Source: Zygnema circumcarinatum SAG 698-1b (Eukaryota; Plantae; Zygnematophyceae). Taken from it: a DNA stretch of 64,000 nucleotides. The translations under genes were made by a program, and so were the position numbers. Location: the NCBI GenBank assembly GCA_037447605.1, contig CM074808.1, positions 2,976,001 through 3,040,000 of the forward strand, written 5' to 3'. The notes beneath the pieces are model-generated. The model saw only the letters and a program-made list of their open reading frames with translations, searched no databases and was not told the origin of the DNA. This document shows positions 1-11,767 of the stretch, in pieces; position 1 is the stretch's first letter; every line of letters begins with the position of its first letter.

Positions 1-273
1 ATGTTGCAGCAACTACAACCACGCAAACCAAGCAGAGAAAGTCATCGGCCTGCTTGTCCATGGTCCACCCAAGACGAAAAGACCCACGAGAACTATTGCA
101 GCACTAACAGAGGACAAGTTACATACGGATTGCAAAACGACAGAGCCAGTTTTCTTGCTCTTGGGAGGCGGTGTTGAAGGTCATGGAATTGATGTTGGGG
201 CCAAGTGAAAGTCAATCAAGGATTTGCTTCTCCATGACAGCTATGTCACAACTATGTACACAATGTGCGATTT

Positions 274-1314
274 CTACCTCCGTCTCTTCAGCTCTTCCAG
301 AATGTGTTCTCCCAATCCTACAACCTTTGCAGCAAATTCGTCCAACATTTGTTTGCTCCTTTCCTGAAACACCAACTGCGCCTGTTCTGCCCTCTTGTGA
401 GACAATTCCATAACTTCCCGCAGAGCTGCACTCAACTCTGCTTGTTGCCTGTTGCGTTTCTTCCTCCCAACGGTATTTCGCAGTGTTTCATTGCTATTTG
501 GCGCCGCAGGAGGCATATCTGGCACTTGAGTATGCGCCTGCTCTCCCGGAGGAAGGACGTGCCTGTAAACCCCTAATGCACTGCCCCAGATTATTGAAGG
601 GTCTTTTTCAGACACCCATGAATCCATCGCATGAAACAGCTTCTCTGATAGCCCTGCGGGCAAATGACAGGCTCGCCGTTCGTCCGGATTCATATCCCAA
701 TAGCTTTTTGCTCCGTCTTGTTGCTTAAACTCTTTTACTTTCTTGTAATAGTTTCTCAACACATCCCACCTTCGTCTACATTCAGGTCCAGTCCTCGTCA
801 CTCCTGCGGTAGCCAGAGCTTCAGATACTTTCCTCCACCTGCTGTATTTTCTCGTTGTTTTTTCCTTTATTCCTGAATTTTCCCTCTGCCATTCTTCTTT
901 CTTTATTTCAATCAACAGCAGCGACTCGTGATCGCCCCATTTTTTCGCCTTTTTGCCTTTCTTCGCCTGGCTTTCTTCACCGCCTTCCATCTCATCATCC
1001 TGTCCTTCTGACTCTGCTCCACTCTGCGAGTTGACATCCTCTCGCAGAATGCCTGCAGAACCTACTTCCTTCTTGTTCAAACATTCGGCAGAAAACTCTT
1101 TTGATGCATCGTCTCCATCCTGCTGATGGTCGTCAGTCTCTGGTCCAGCTGATGTAGACGGATGATTCCCTACACCTCCTGGCTGAAGCTGCTTCAGCGC
1201 GGTGATGTATTTGATTAGGTCACCAGTGCTCATTTTGGTAAAATGCAAGCGCTCGCCTCGTCTATCCTCAAAAGGAGCGCATTCAGCAGTGGGGTCCGCT
1301 CCGTGCTCCATCAT
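274..1314 (-). CDS. Trihelix (Myb/SANT-like, ASR3/SH4-like) DNA-binding protein, intronless
   Basis: KKWGDHESLLLIEIKK...RWRKVSEAL...RTGPECRRRWDVLRNYYKKVKEF...SYWDMNPDERRACHLP matches the trihelix domain pattern, followed by a C-terminal coiled coil. First in-frame ATG is at 1314; the ORF track starts at GTG 1323. Confidence 0.85.
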   Translation of the reverse strand: MMEHGADPTAECAPFEDRRGERLHFTKMSTGDLIKYITALKQLQPGGVGNHPSTSAGPETDDHQQDGDDASKEFSAECLNKKEVGSAGILREDVNSQSGAESEGQDDEMEGGEESQAKKGKKAKKWGDHESLLLIEIKKEEWQRENSGIKEKTTRKYSRWRKVSEALATAGVTRTGPECRRRWDVLRNYYKKVKEFKQQDGAKSYWDMNPDERRACHLPAGLSEKLFHAMDSWVSEKDPSIIWGSALGVYRHVLPPGEQAHTQVPDMPPAAPNSNETLRNTVGRKKRNRQQAELSAALREVMELSHKRAEQAQLVFQERSKQMLDEFAAKVVGLGEHILEELKRRR

Positions 1315-1967
1315 TCCTCCCACTCCCTGTGCATGTTTCCCAATCCGTTGGTCCTCCAGCAGCGCCGCCTGGGGATACAGCAGGAGCTGCTCTTCCCTTT
1401 CAACTGAGAGCCTTCAGCTCTGCATCCTGAGGAGGCCCAGGCCCTGCACATCCCTGGAGCAGCCCCAGCCCCAGCCCGAGTCCCAGCCCCAGCCCGAGTC
1501 CCAGCCCCAGCTCCAGCTCCAACCCTAAACCTCTCCCTGCAAGCGGAGGGAAAATCACAAAAAAAGCAGCTCAGGCTGCAAGGAAACCTGTCCAAAAAAC
1601 TATCGAGTGAGTTTGCTGATGGCATTGGCGCGTATGCTGACGCAATATAACTGGCATTCTGTGAGAAATCTAGAACATTCTACAGTAGTTAAATGTACAG
1701 TACAGTAAACAGATTGTAGTATTTAACTCGAAACGGGACTGCGAGGACTCATAGATTTGCGTCGCATATGTACGGCACCACGCTGTCCGTACAGTTTTCA
1801 GAAAGGCCTGTTGGTTCATGACTCATTCGTACGCTTTCCTGTTCCTGCAGACTGAGAAGTGAGGACTGTCGTCCCTTTGAATTTTAGAGCCGGGTCTTTC
1901 TGAAATGGGAATGCAAGGAGAATGTTGGAACTTGGAAGGAGTGTTTCTGGAACGGCTGCAAACTTTT

Positions 1968-2305
1968 CACAGATCGGACCATTAGACAAACCAGTCGACT
2001 GGTTGGCAACCAGTGGTTGCGGACCGAAACAACCATTCGACTGGTTGCCAACCAGTGGCATCCACTGGTTCCAAACCAGTCGAATGGTTGCCAACCAGTG
2101 GCATCCACTGGTTGGAAACCAGTCGACTGGTTGCGAACCAGTGGCGCAGGACTGAAACAACCATTCGACTGGTTCGGAACCAGTGATCCAATGGTTGGCA
2201 ACCATTGAATTTCTGAAATTATGCCTTTTTGCAAAAATGGGTCGTATGTGTTTTTTGGTGGGTTGCCAACCGTTGACAACTAGTGTAACAAGCCTGATGC
2301 GTACA
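1968..2305. mobile_element. Left end of a CACAG-terminal TIR element, longer variant, cut by the gap
   Basis: Same left TIR and AAACTTTT flank as the 3268 element, with extra AACCAGTCGACTGGTT/AACCAGTGG units. No right TIR before the gap. Confidence 0.7.
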
Positions 2306-2315
2306 NNNNNNNNNN
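2306..2315. other. Assembly gap (10 N)
   Basis: Run of ten n characters. Confidence 1.
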
Positions 2316-3267
2316 GCTCCACTCTGCGAGTTGACATCCTCTCGCAGAATGCCTGCAGAACCTACTTCCTTCTTGTTCAAACATTCGGCAGAAAACTCTT
2401 TTGATGCATCGTCTCCATCCTGCTGATGGTCGTCAGTCTCTGGTCCAGCTGATGTAGACGGATGATTCCCTACACCTCCTGGCTGAAGCTGCTTCAGCGC
2501 GGTGATGTATTTGATTAGGTCACCAGTGCTCATTTTGGTAAAATGCAAGCGCTCGCCTCGTCTATCCTCAAAAGGAGCGCATTCAGCAGTGGGGTCCGCT
2601 CCGTGCTCCATCATTCCTCCCACTCCCTGTGCATGTTTCCCAATCCGTTGGTCCTCCAGCAGCGCCGCCTGGGGATACAGCAGGAGCTGCTCTTCCCTTT
2701 CAACTGAGAGCCTTCAGCTCTGCATCCTGAGGAGGCCCAGGCCCTGCACATCCCTGGAGCAGCCCCAGCCCCAGCCCGAGTCCCAGCCCCAGCCCGAGTC
2801 CCAGCCCCAGCTCCAGCTCCAACCCTAAACCTCTCCCTGCAAGCGGAGGGAAAATCACAAAAAAAGCAGCTCAGGCTGCAAGGAAACCTGTCCAAAAAAC
2901 TATCGAGTGAGTTTGCTGATGGCATTGGCGCGTATGCTGACGCAATATAACTGGCATTCTGTGAGAAATCTAGAACATTCTACAGTAGTTAAATGTACAG
3001 TACAGTAAACAGATTGTAGTATTTAACTCGAAACGGGACTGCGAGGACTCATAGATTTGCGTCGCATATGTACGGCACCACGCTGTCCGTACAGTTTTCA
3101 GAAAGGCCTGTTGGTTCATGACTCATTCGTACGCTTTCCTGTTCCTGCAGACTGAGAAGTGAGGACTGTCGTCCCTTTGAATTTTAGAGCCGGGTCTTTC
3201 TGAAATGGGAATGCAAGGAGAATGTTGGAACTTGGAAGGAGTGTTTCTGGAACGGCTGCAAACTTTT

Positions 3268-3464
3268 CACAGATCGGACCATTAGACAAACCAGTCGACT
3301 GGTTGGCAACCAGTGGTTGCGGACCGAAACAACCATTCGACTGGTTGCCAACCAGTGGAATGCCACTGGTTGGCAACCAGTCGACTGATTGCCAACCAGT
3401 AGACGTCCAACCATTGCCATCCAATGGTTGTCCAATGGTTGCCGATCCACTGGTCCGAACTGTG
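3268..3464. mobile_element. 197-bp MITE with CACAG...CTGTG termini and 8-bp TSD
   Basis: Left CACAGATCGGACCA versus right reverse complement CACAGTTCGGACCA (13/14). AAACTTTT flanks both sides (3260-3267, 3465-3472). Interior is built of palindromic AACCAGTCGACTGGTT-like units. Confidence 0.85.
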
Positions 3465-3761
3465 AAACTTTTAAGGAATGAAGGCTTGAATTGCAAACTT
3501 TCATTGAACTCGCGATGGCGAGGCCATCAAATTTACATGGATAAAGGCAAAATCAAGGCTTGAAGGACTGATAACAGCCCTTCTGTTACTTTAGTTTGTT
3601 TAAAATAGCGCTGCCTTCATATGCAGTTTTTAAGAATTGAAGGCATGCTATGCTGAATCCTGCATTTGCATTATCGCTGCTGCTGCTGCTGCTGCTGCTC
3701 CTTGTAGAGGCATCATCCGCCACCGGGTTGAGGAAAAGCCGGATGGTGCGTCTGGCTCGAC

Positions 3762-6700
3762 ATGCTGCTGCAGAAGACCAATCAACTGCGCCTGCTGGCT
3801 GAAGGCAGATGCCGGCCTGAAGGCATGAGTGCGGGGAGCTTGCGTGTATTTCCGGGATACGTGCCCTCGAACACGAAGACTGTGCTCACAAACACCAGTG
3901 CCCTAAAGCAACTCCGATCATCGATCTTGCCTGCACACAAGCTGTTCGGGCAACAAGGGCTGTCCACTGCTCAAGCATGTCTGGCCAGACCACATAAGTT
4001 GACAAGCTGTTCTGCGTTTGCCTATGGTCTTCAGCCAGGTCTCGTCGGAGCGATGGAAATAGGCAAGAGGATTTCCCTTTGGTGTTTATGGAGCGCATTG
4101 GAGAAGAGTTATAACCGCAAAGTCTTACGAGTGTTCCCTCATGTGTCTTTCCTCCTCCTCAATCAGGTCAGGAACGTCCAAAAAGTTGTGACTGGGAAGC
4201 CTTTTGCTGTTCTGAGCATGCTGCATAGCACAAGAGTTTTGTCACTGAGCATTTTGGCTCCTCGACCAGATTTCCATCCTCCTTTGTTTTCTTGAACCTT
4301 GAAGACTCTTAGCTTCCAAGCAGTGTTTGTCATTTCCAGGTTAGGAAAAGTTGTCCTTCTACGTAATCAAGCATCAGCTTCACATACGAGATTTCAGACA
4401 AACGATGATGAAAGCGTTCTGAGTGCCTCCACAAGGTTCTATCATAAAAACCGAATTGAATATCTTGGAAATGTGATATGTATCGCACTCTGTGTCTGTT
4501 CTTGGCCGTATTTACAGCTATCCATCGGCGCCACCATTTTTGTTATATTCAAGTGCTTCTTCTACTCGAGTCAAATTGCGTTATTGGATAAAGACATATT
4601 TAAAGCCCTTTTAGTTCCAGCGCTTCTACAAACCTCCAACAGTTTGCTCCAGCTGGTGGCCACTTTGACCCCTCGTGTGTATGTTTCAAGTGTTGTGAGA
4701 GCTGCGGAGCCGCTGTTATTCGCCATTGCCCAAAAAAAAAACTTAAGGTGGGTAATTCATACTTGATTACGCCAAAAAAAATTCTTCGTCCTCGCTCACG
4801 CAAAAAAAAGCATAAAGATACTCAAAAGAGTTGGCCAGGAGGTTAACATATTTTCAACGTTTCTTCAGGAAACAGAAATCGTTGTCAGCAGTTTAGATTG
4901 GTTGCTCTCCCATACCAGTTTTGGCGAACCTTGAGAAGTTGCATATTGATAACAGTGGGTGATATATGAAGAAAACCCCTGTGAGCTTCCTTAATTCAGA
5001 TTCGTACTTCCCTGTTCTCATCTTTGATGTCCGATTTTTGCGGTGCCGTTAAAGGACAAACACATTGATACAAGTTCTAGTTTCAGCAGTACAATCATAC
5101 AGCATCCCGACAGCCTGTATATGCCCCAAACCAGGAGCGGGTTCTGGGAATTTCTGCATGTGCATTCGTGAACTGTAGTTCCAGGGTCGACAGCAAAGCA
5201 GCTATAGTTTGGGGCGAGTATGCACCCACTATCAAATTGCATGGACTTGCGCCATCCATGGAGCACGTTAAGGTCTGCTTGAGTATATGCTTGTTCCATT
5301 CCCATCAGTGTCCTATGCAACATCAGGTCACTCCCTGTTGTGTGACGTCGTCTCCGTGGCTGCTTTTCTGAGTGGCTTGCAGTATCCAACTTCTGTCATC
5401 CATCGCTTGCATCTGGGGGGGAGCAGCTCATGCTCCACTCGACGACTACTCACTTCGCTTCTCTGCTCTGGGGGTTACTTCAGCAACAGTGACAGCATCT
5501 CTCTTCTGTGCATGGCTTCTCAAACAAAGCTTCGTCAACTTTCCGCAGGTGGGCTACAATTTGCGGTATTTGACCGATGAGAATTCCATTTGCAGTGAAG
5601 CAGTCAACGAGGCAGCTTTTCTATCATCATGTATTCACAGTTTTCATGGCTTCCAACCCACTGTCGGACAAATCTGATCCTTTACATAGGACTTTCTCCT
5701 TTTTCATTGCCACCGTGCTGAATTTTGCTTTGTAAAAACTACATCATTCCTTTGTGTCCATTCTTTTGTGCAGGTGGACGCTGCAACCGTTTATACTGTT
5801 ATGACTATTCTTTCGCTGGCTGTCGTTGCTCCCCTTGTGATGCTTTTAGAAAGGAGCCGGTTTACCCCGGCTTATGCTGCTGCCATAGACAAGGTGGGTC
5901 TCCATAGCTACTTCATTACAAAACACTGTTTTTGCCCAAAAGGAGTGGTTAATATATCGTGATAGTCGAATTCTCACATAATCATTCTGGTCTGGCTTCC
6001 TGTTCTCCTGATATCAGTCCTTGCAGTTCATTTCTATCAGTGGCTCCCTGCGAGAAGGCCGAGCGCCGATCACTGCATGTTTTTGCCAGAGCTGAGTGGC
6101 ATCCGTCGATTGATATCACTTAAGGCTTTGCTTCCAGTAACATGGGCTGCTGCGGATTGACAGGATATCCTAATGCCCCAAAGATAGGCAGAAAGTGAAA
6201 TTTTGGTCTTTATCAATTGCCGGTATATTACACAGTTGCTGCCGGGCACCAGATGGGGAGAAGGTTATCGCCGTATGCTGGGAACTTCTGCTCATATGCT
6301 TACATTCGGAACGAGGCTGATAAGTCTAGAAAAAATTAGTCCATTTTGACTTGCGCAATGAAAAAGCCTTCGCCTTGAGCATGTGCCATCCATTCACGCT
6401 GTACTTTGCTTACTCTATATAAAGTGTAGGGGTACAAAAAATAGACGCTCACTGTTACGGGAAGTACAATCACGGCTGAAACCTCAGTAACCTCATCAAC
6501 ACCTGAGCAAGGGAACAAGATACTTCCTTATCAAATTGAATGTTGGCTGTTGTTAGGTGGGCCATAAACCAACATTCAATGCCTGGCTCCTTCTCTCGGG
6601 CCTTTTTCACTCTCTCAGCACCTTTGCAGCACTGCAGGTATGAGTTCTGCCACGGAGCACTCAGCTCACAACCTCTGTAGAGATGCATTGCCTGTAATGA

Positions 6701-6959
6701 TGAAGGGGGCAGTGGATTGTTGTGCTCTATTCTTCTTGTGACTCTTGGGTCCTACCTCCTCTTGCAGGTGCTGGAGGTGGCGGATGTGTTGACCTTCTCT
6801 ACGGTGAATGCAGCAAGGCCCGCCATAGAGCTTCTTGGTCAAATCGTCTTTTTCCGGCTCCCAGTTTTGCCCGAAACGCAGCGATCTATTGGAGTGCTGC
6901 TCTTGGGGCTCTTCCTGTTCTGGAGAGCCTGCTCTAATGCGGCATATCCTGTTGTATAG
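3762..6959 (+). CDS. Divergent plastid phosphate translocator (TPT/GPT/XPT family), multi-exon
   Basis: Transit-peptide-like N-terminus. Exon peptides SYNRKVLRVFPH, VRAAEPLLF, VYTVMTILSLAVVAPLVMLLE, VGHKPTFNAWLLLSGLFHSL and VLTFSTVNAARPAIELLGQIVFFRLPV are colinear with family motifs YNKKVL.vFP, IK.gEP and PLTFS.GN..KR. Start is 3762 or 3825. Confidence 0.75.
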
Positions 6960-7922
6960 GGAGACCATGTAAAAGATCGCCTTGCTAAGTGTTTTCAGGA
7001 TGGGCTTCCTGTGGTTTTTTCTTAAAAAAATTCTGTCGTTGGGCTCTAGCTGGGAAATGTTGTTGGAGCGTTCGAAGAGAGCAAACTTTCAGTTCAGTTT
7101 GTAGTTTACAGTTCAATTTCCAGCAATGGCAGCAGCAACAAAAACCAAAGAAACGTGACTGTCAGCGTTTTTGTTGTACTCCGCATCCAAATGTCGGTCC
7201 AAATGTGGGAGGCAGCCAACGGGATTCACTCGTGGCTGATACAAATGCAGGTACCAATTGAGAAATGACTTTGTGGAGGCACTCACGAATCGTTCCTTTT
7301 ATTCTGACATACAATGACATGTCGGTTTATTGCATGAGGCAACATGAGAGGGGAGTTCGGGTGAGCTGGCCATCATATTGTGATCTGATGTTGCAGCCCA
7401 TAAACCTCGTGGGTTGATTTGTTTACTTTGTGAAGCAATTGTGTACGCACAAAGAAGGCGAGCCCTCCGCTTTCAACACGTGAATCGTGCATGCCTTCGT
7501 CTCAGCCCCCTCTGAAAAACAATTTGGGCGAAAACGAGAAACGCAGTCATGCGCATGCATGCGCTGAGCACATTTTTTTTTTTGCCCAAAATGAGTAACC
7601 GTCGTTAATTGAAGTGTCAACGCCTCCTTTTACGAAGACAAAAATCGGTCATGTTTAAGCGCCGGCGGGTCATGCAGAGCTGAAGCCACGAGGAGCCTTC
7701 GTCTTCCTCGCCTCCATGCACAGAGTCTCGCAATAAGCAGGAGCTCCACTGCCCGGAGAAGCAAAAGCGTTGAGAACGGCGGGGCATAGACGACATTCTG
7801 ACGGGTGCTGGGGTCCTAGAGAGGGTCAGGGATGCAAGCTCTTCACTTTAAATCCCTCCTTCCGCTGCAGCCTCTACATCGCCTCTCTGAACTTCAACTT
7901 CTCTCGCTCGCTCTCTCTTACC

Positions 7923-9341
7923 ATGGGTAGCACAGCCAGCATTACAGATTACACAGCTCCATGTGTTTATGGAAAGAGGTGTCCTAACCGCGCAACTTGC
8001 CCTTTTGCCCATTTCTCTTCCTGCAGCTATGGCTCCCGGTGCACTCTGAGAGACTGTCAATACAGCCACCCCCCCGTGTGTCCTAACCACAAAGCACAAC
8101 GCAGGGGCTGCGGCTACTGGCACCGTCCCCCCCTTTGCAAGTACGGGCGAAGCTGCAGGGATGCACAATGCCAGAGATGGCATGCTCCCTATTGTCGGTT
8201 TGGTTTGGACTGTGCTGACAGGGTTAACTGCAAATACATGCATCCTCCCAACTGTCCCGCGGGAGGAGGGTGTGAGAGGAGGGAGGGGTGCACCATGGCG
8301 CATCCGATTCTTCCGACTGCACCTCCTCCGCTCATGAGCAGAACGGCTTGTTTGCATGGAGATAACTGTTATGGGAAACATAAGTGTCCTTTTGTGCATC
8401 CTGGGGGAAATCTCATCAAGATCGGAGGTGTGAAAGCTTGAGCCATTATTACATTCGTTGTTAGATTTGGCTTCCATTTTTTAAAATATGTAGTGTTGGT
8501 ACAGTTTTGGAACTTTTATAGTCTCTTTCTTTTCTTTTATGCCATTTTCCTTCTTTCTCCTCTGTGTGTGTGAGTTGTGCGTGGACTCCATGACCCTAGT
8601 TCTTTCCATCGATGGGGATTTTTTGTTTTCTTGCAGACGCCTCTTCGTTTACCAAGTTTTTTTCCGGAAGGTGAGGGCAATGTCTTCTATTTGTTTTACT
8701 TCTAAGCGCGTTTGTGATCCAATTTCAACCAAAACTGTCATTCACTTCCTCTCTCCCGTTCAATTTCATTAATGCAGAGTCAGCTATTCTTCCATGGACG
8801 TTTACTATATCTATAACAAAACAGTGTTCGCAAGATACTTCGAAAAACTTTCGAAGGAAACAAGTACTTGCAAAAGCTCTTGTACGAACCCATCCAACTT
8901 AGCATCAAATTTTCTCCCACCCCCCAATATTGAGCGTTTAGGGCCCCACGAGGCACTTTTTTGCCATGGGACCCCTCACATCAATGTTCACGGAATCATC
9001 AACATTGGCCTCGACGTTGGCAAAATTCAAAGAGGGGGTGCGCTGTATTTTGCTGAAGATCCGCAGGTTTCCAACGGATACACCGACGCAAACCCTAAAG
9101 GTGAGAAGTCATTAATTCGAACCTGCTGGCTTGTGGCAGGGCCATGCACCGACCTGCTTGCATTTTAAGACACTCGTAGTTTAATATGTCTTTTGTTTTT
9201 GCATGTTAGGTTGGGGTTAAGGTACTCTATCTGATTTAACTGAAAATTCTAGAACCAACTGTATTCCTGTGGAAGATACAGACTTTGTGTTGTGGGAAAC
9301 ATGTGGTTTCTGGACAGAGTCTTATATGCTCGTCGGTGTGA
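7923..9341 (+). CDS. Tandem CCCH zinc-finger + PARP-like (ARTD) ADP-ribosyltransferase domain protein
   Basis: Phase-consistent GT-AG model 7923-8427, 8637-8670, 8778-9100, 9253-9341. Six C-x5-C-x4/5-C-x3-H fingers plus one degenerate finger. ART motifs VYYIYN..F.RY, LFCHGT...IINIGLD and GGALYFAEDPQVSNGY. The last exon is the least certain. Confidence 0.75.
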
Positions 9342-11767
9342 GAAGTTAGTTTCCTTAACAGGGTTCGAGTAAGTTGAGTGATTGCGGCTGTTTGACACGC
9401 TGCTGCTTCTTATTGTGAAGGATATCATACAATGTTCATTGTCCGGGTGAACATCGGACACGGAGGAACGGTGCGAGCCACATCAGCCTCACTCAGCAGC
9501 CCTTCATCATACCTGCTTTAAGCACGTGCAGATTGGAAACCCCATTCATTTCCTTCTCTTTGCAACAATTCCTTGAATAGCGCGTATTCTGTTGCAAAGT
9601 GATAAGGTGATGAAAAGCTGAATAATACACTCTTAACTCGCATGAATGGAGTGCTGTATGCCTGGGCAGACTTAAGAAAACAAGCCATATTCTGCCAGCT
9701 CATCCTCTGTGTTGGTTTCTCTGACTGCAGAGCACCGGCATTATCACGAAGAACGATAATGCTTCATGTGCCCCGCTCTTCCTGCTGTACTACAAGTAGC
9801 TCTCCTGCTCACATCTTCCATGGAATGGCAAGTTTCTTCGAAGGGAGCTAACCCTAGTCGGGACGAATGACTCTAATTGACTGCAGACTTCTCTCGTAGT
9901 CCTGACAGCAACGTAGGACGGGCTTTCAGCCCCCGGCATATGGGCCCTTCATTTGTTCCACTAGAGGAACTGAACTGAGTTGTCAATGAAAATGACTCAG
10001 AGAATGACATCAGCTTATGGGCTTGCTTGTTGCAATGTTTGGGTGAGATGCACAACGGTAAAAAAAAAAAACCAATGCAAGTTAGAACATGCATGAACAT
10101 TGGATGACTGCAAGGAGCAGATGGAACGCTTTCTTTCATTCCTGCACTCTGTCTTTCCCTACTACAACTGAATTCACAGCTATTATCTAATCCTTCGTGC
10201 TATTTAGCTGCAAGAATGAAATGGTAAAATAAGTCCCAGGCATCCTTTTTTTGCCGATGAATAGCAAATATCTACAGAGCGGACATAGAACTCCAGTTGG
10301 ATGACCTCAATACAAACACAGCTCGTGATAGAAAGTCGACTGGAGAAAGGATCTAAATTGGATAAGCTGGAAGACAACCCACGAGTAGCAACGAGGTTCC
10401 TGAAGACTAACAAACTGACATGCCTGCCTCACTTCCGTTTTGATGCCCTCTTGCCTTGTCCTTTCTTGGGAGGACCCTTTCCTCTCCGTTTCATCTTTTC
10501 CAATTTCAACACCCTCCTGCAAAATACAAGAAAATGCACCAGAATAATCGCCTCACATTTCCTTCTTTGGCAGAAAGTGAAGACCAAGTATTGCAAACCA
10601 ATCAATCACTACATTTTCCAGTGTTTGCTTTGCAGCCTAATCTGACCCTCCCCTTACATCTCTGCTCAACACCATAGAAAACAGAGATGAATAAACATGA
10701 TAACAAGAACATTGCTTCAAATCCTTCCTATGTCATTATTCCTTTCACTGAACTCTTTCATGCGCAAAATTTTCCATGACATCCCATTTCCTTTCAGCCA
10801 CCGTCATCCTTCTCCTCGATTCATTACCCCTTTTTAAACTCAGTGTCGATAGTACTTCCAGTACCCAGTTTCAAACCAACTCCATCACGTACTACTTGCT
10901 CACATTCTTCTATGTGTCTCATTTACTATAACTTTCCATGCGTATTCTGGCTGAAATCTCAGAATTCTTTGATCCACGCCTCTCCTTCACATTCACTTTT
11001 TTGCATATATGACAACTTTCGAAGTCCTAAATGGTTGACCCTACACACTTCCACCGTCCAAAAACCTAATTCTTTCCTTACAGGTTTCATCTACACCCAT
11101 AGTGCTCTGCTTCCATGTCATTAGTCCCCAACGCAAATTTCTCGCTTCACCTTTATTGTCTACATCAAACTGAGCTGCATTCATCTGCACACTTGCTAAC
11201 CTAACGTCAATGGCTGTGTTCACAGTAAAAGTCGTTAATTTGTCCTCACAAAGCCCCCCGACACGTATGGAGTGAAGGAGTGAAGACTTTTAAGGCAATA
11301 TACGCGAAAGCGGATGAATGAGAAACGCTACACTATCTGGTAGATCCTGGTTTGAATAGACAGTCAATGATAACTCCGTGTCAAGCTTGCTCTACCACTA
11401 ATTGTACAGCATTGCCTATGCCCAGTCCAGTAAAACATTATTTTGAGTAGTATATCATGCTTGCAGCTGTGCAAATCCCGCTTCTATTCCATAAATTCAA
11501 TTGCAGGACTACTGTTTGGCTGTTCAATTATTCATCGTTTTAGGTCTTCCTCCTCTCTGGAACGGTACGGCGCCAGGCCTTAGTTTATCGGTACCAACCA
11601 CATATTATACTAGGAATTATAGGAAATTAAGCCCTTACATCATGTAGCTGTCTGCATACATGTCCCCTTTCCAGCACCTGCTCAGCGAAACTCCGCAATT
11701 TTGTCTGCTCAGCCCTTGCAACCGCTTGCAACCTTAAAAGGCCTACAGGAGCTATGTTCCAAAAAAC

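Larger units (their letters stand above)
1016..3358. repeat. Direct duplication of 1016-2058 at 2316-3358 (offset 1300) across an N gap
   Basis: The copies read identically by eye until 2058/3358, then diverge inside the palindromic element. Copy 2 starts right after the Ns and holds only the 5' part of the trihelix ORF. Confidence 0.9.

Noticed and set aside
1980-2210. CRISPR-like array of palindromic repeats
   Set aside because: No unique constant-length spacers, no cas genes and a eukaryotic context; the units lie inside a TIR element.
2219-2623. Second trihelix gene
   Set aside because: Only the duplicated 5' part is present; the ORF runs through Ns and lacks the DNA-binding domain.
9480-11230. 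Possible gene or TE remnant on the minus strand, including a weak zinc-knuckle-like TCSTAGRAGH
   Set aside because: Stops in all frames, no consistent splice model and no recognisable domain.
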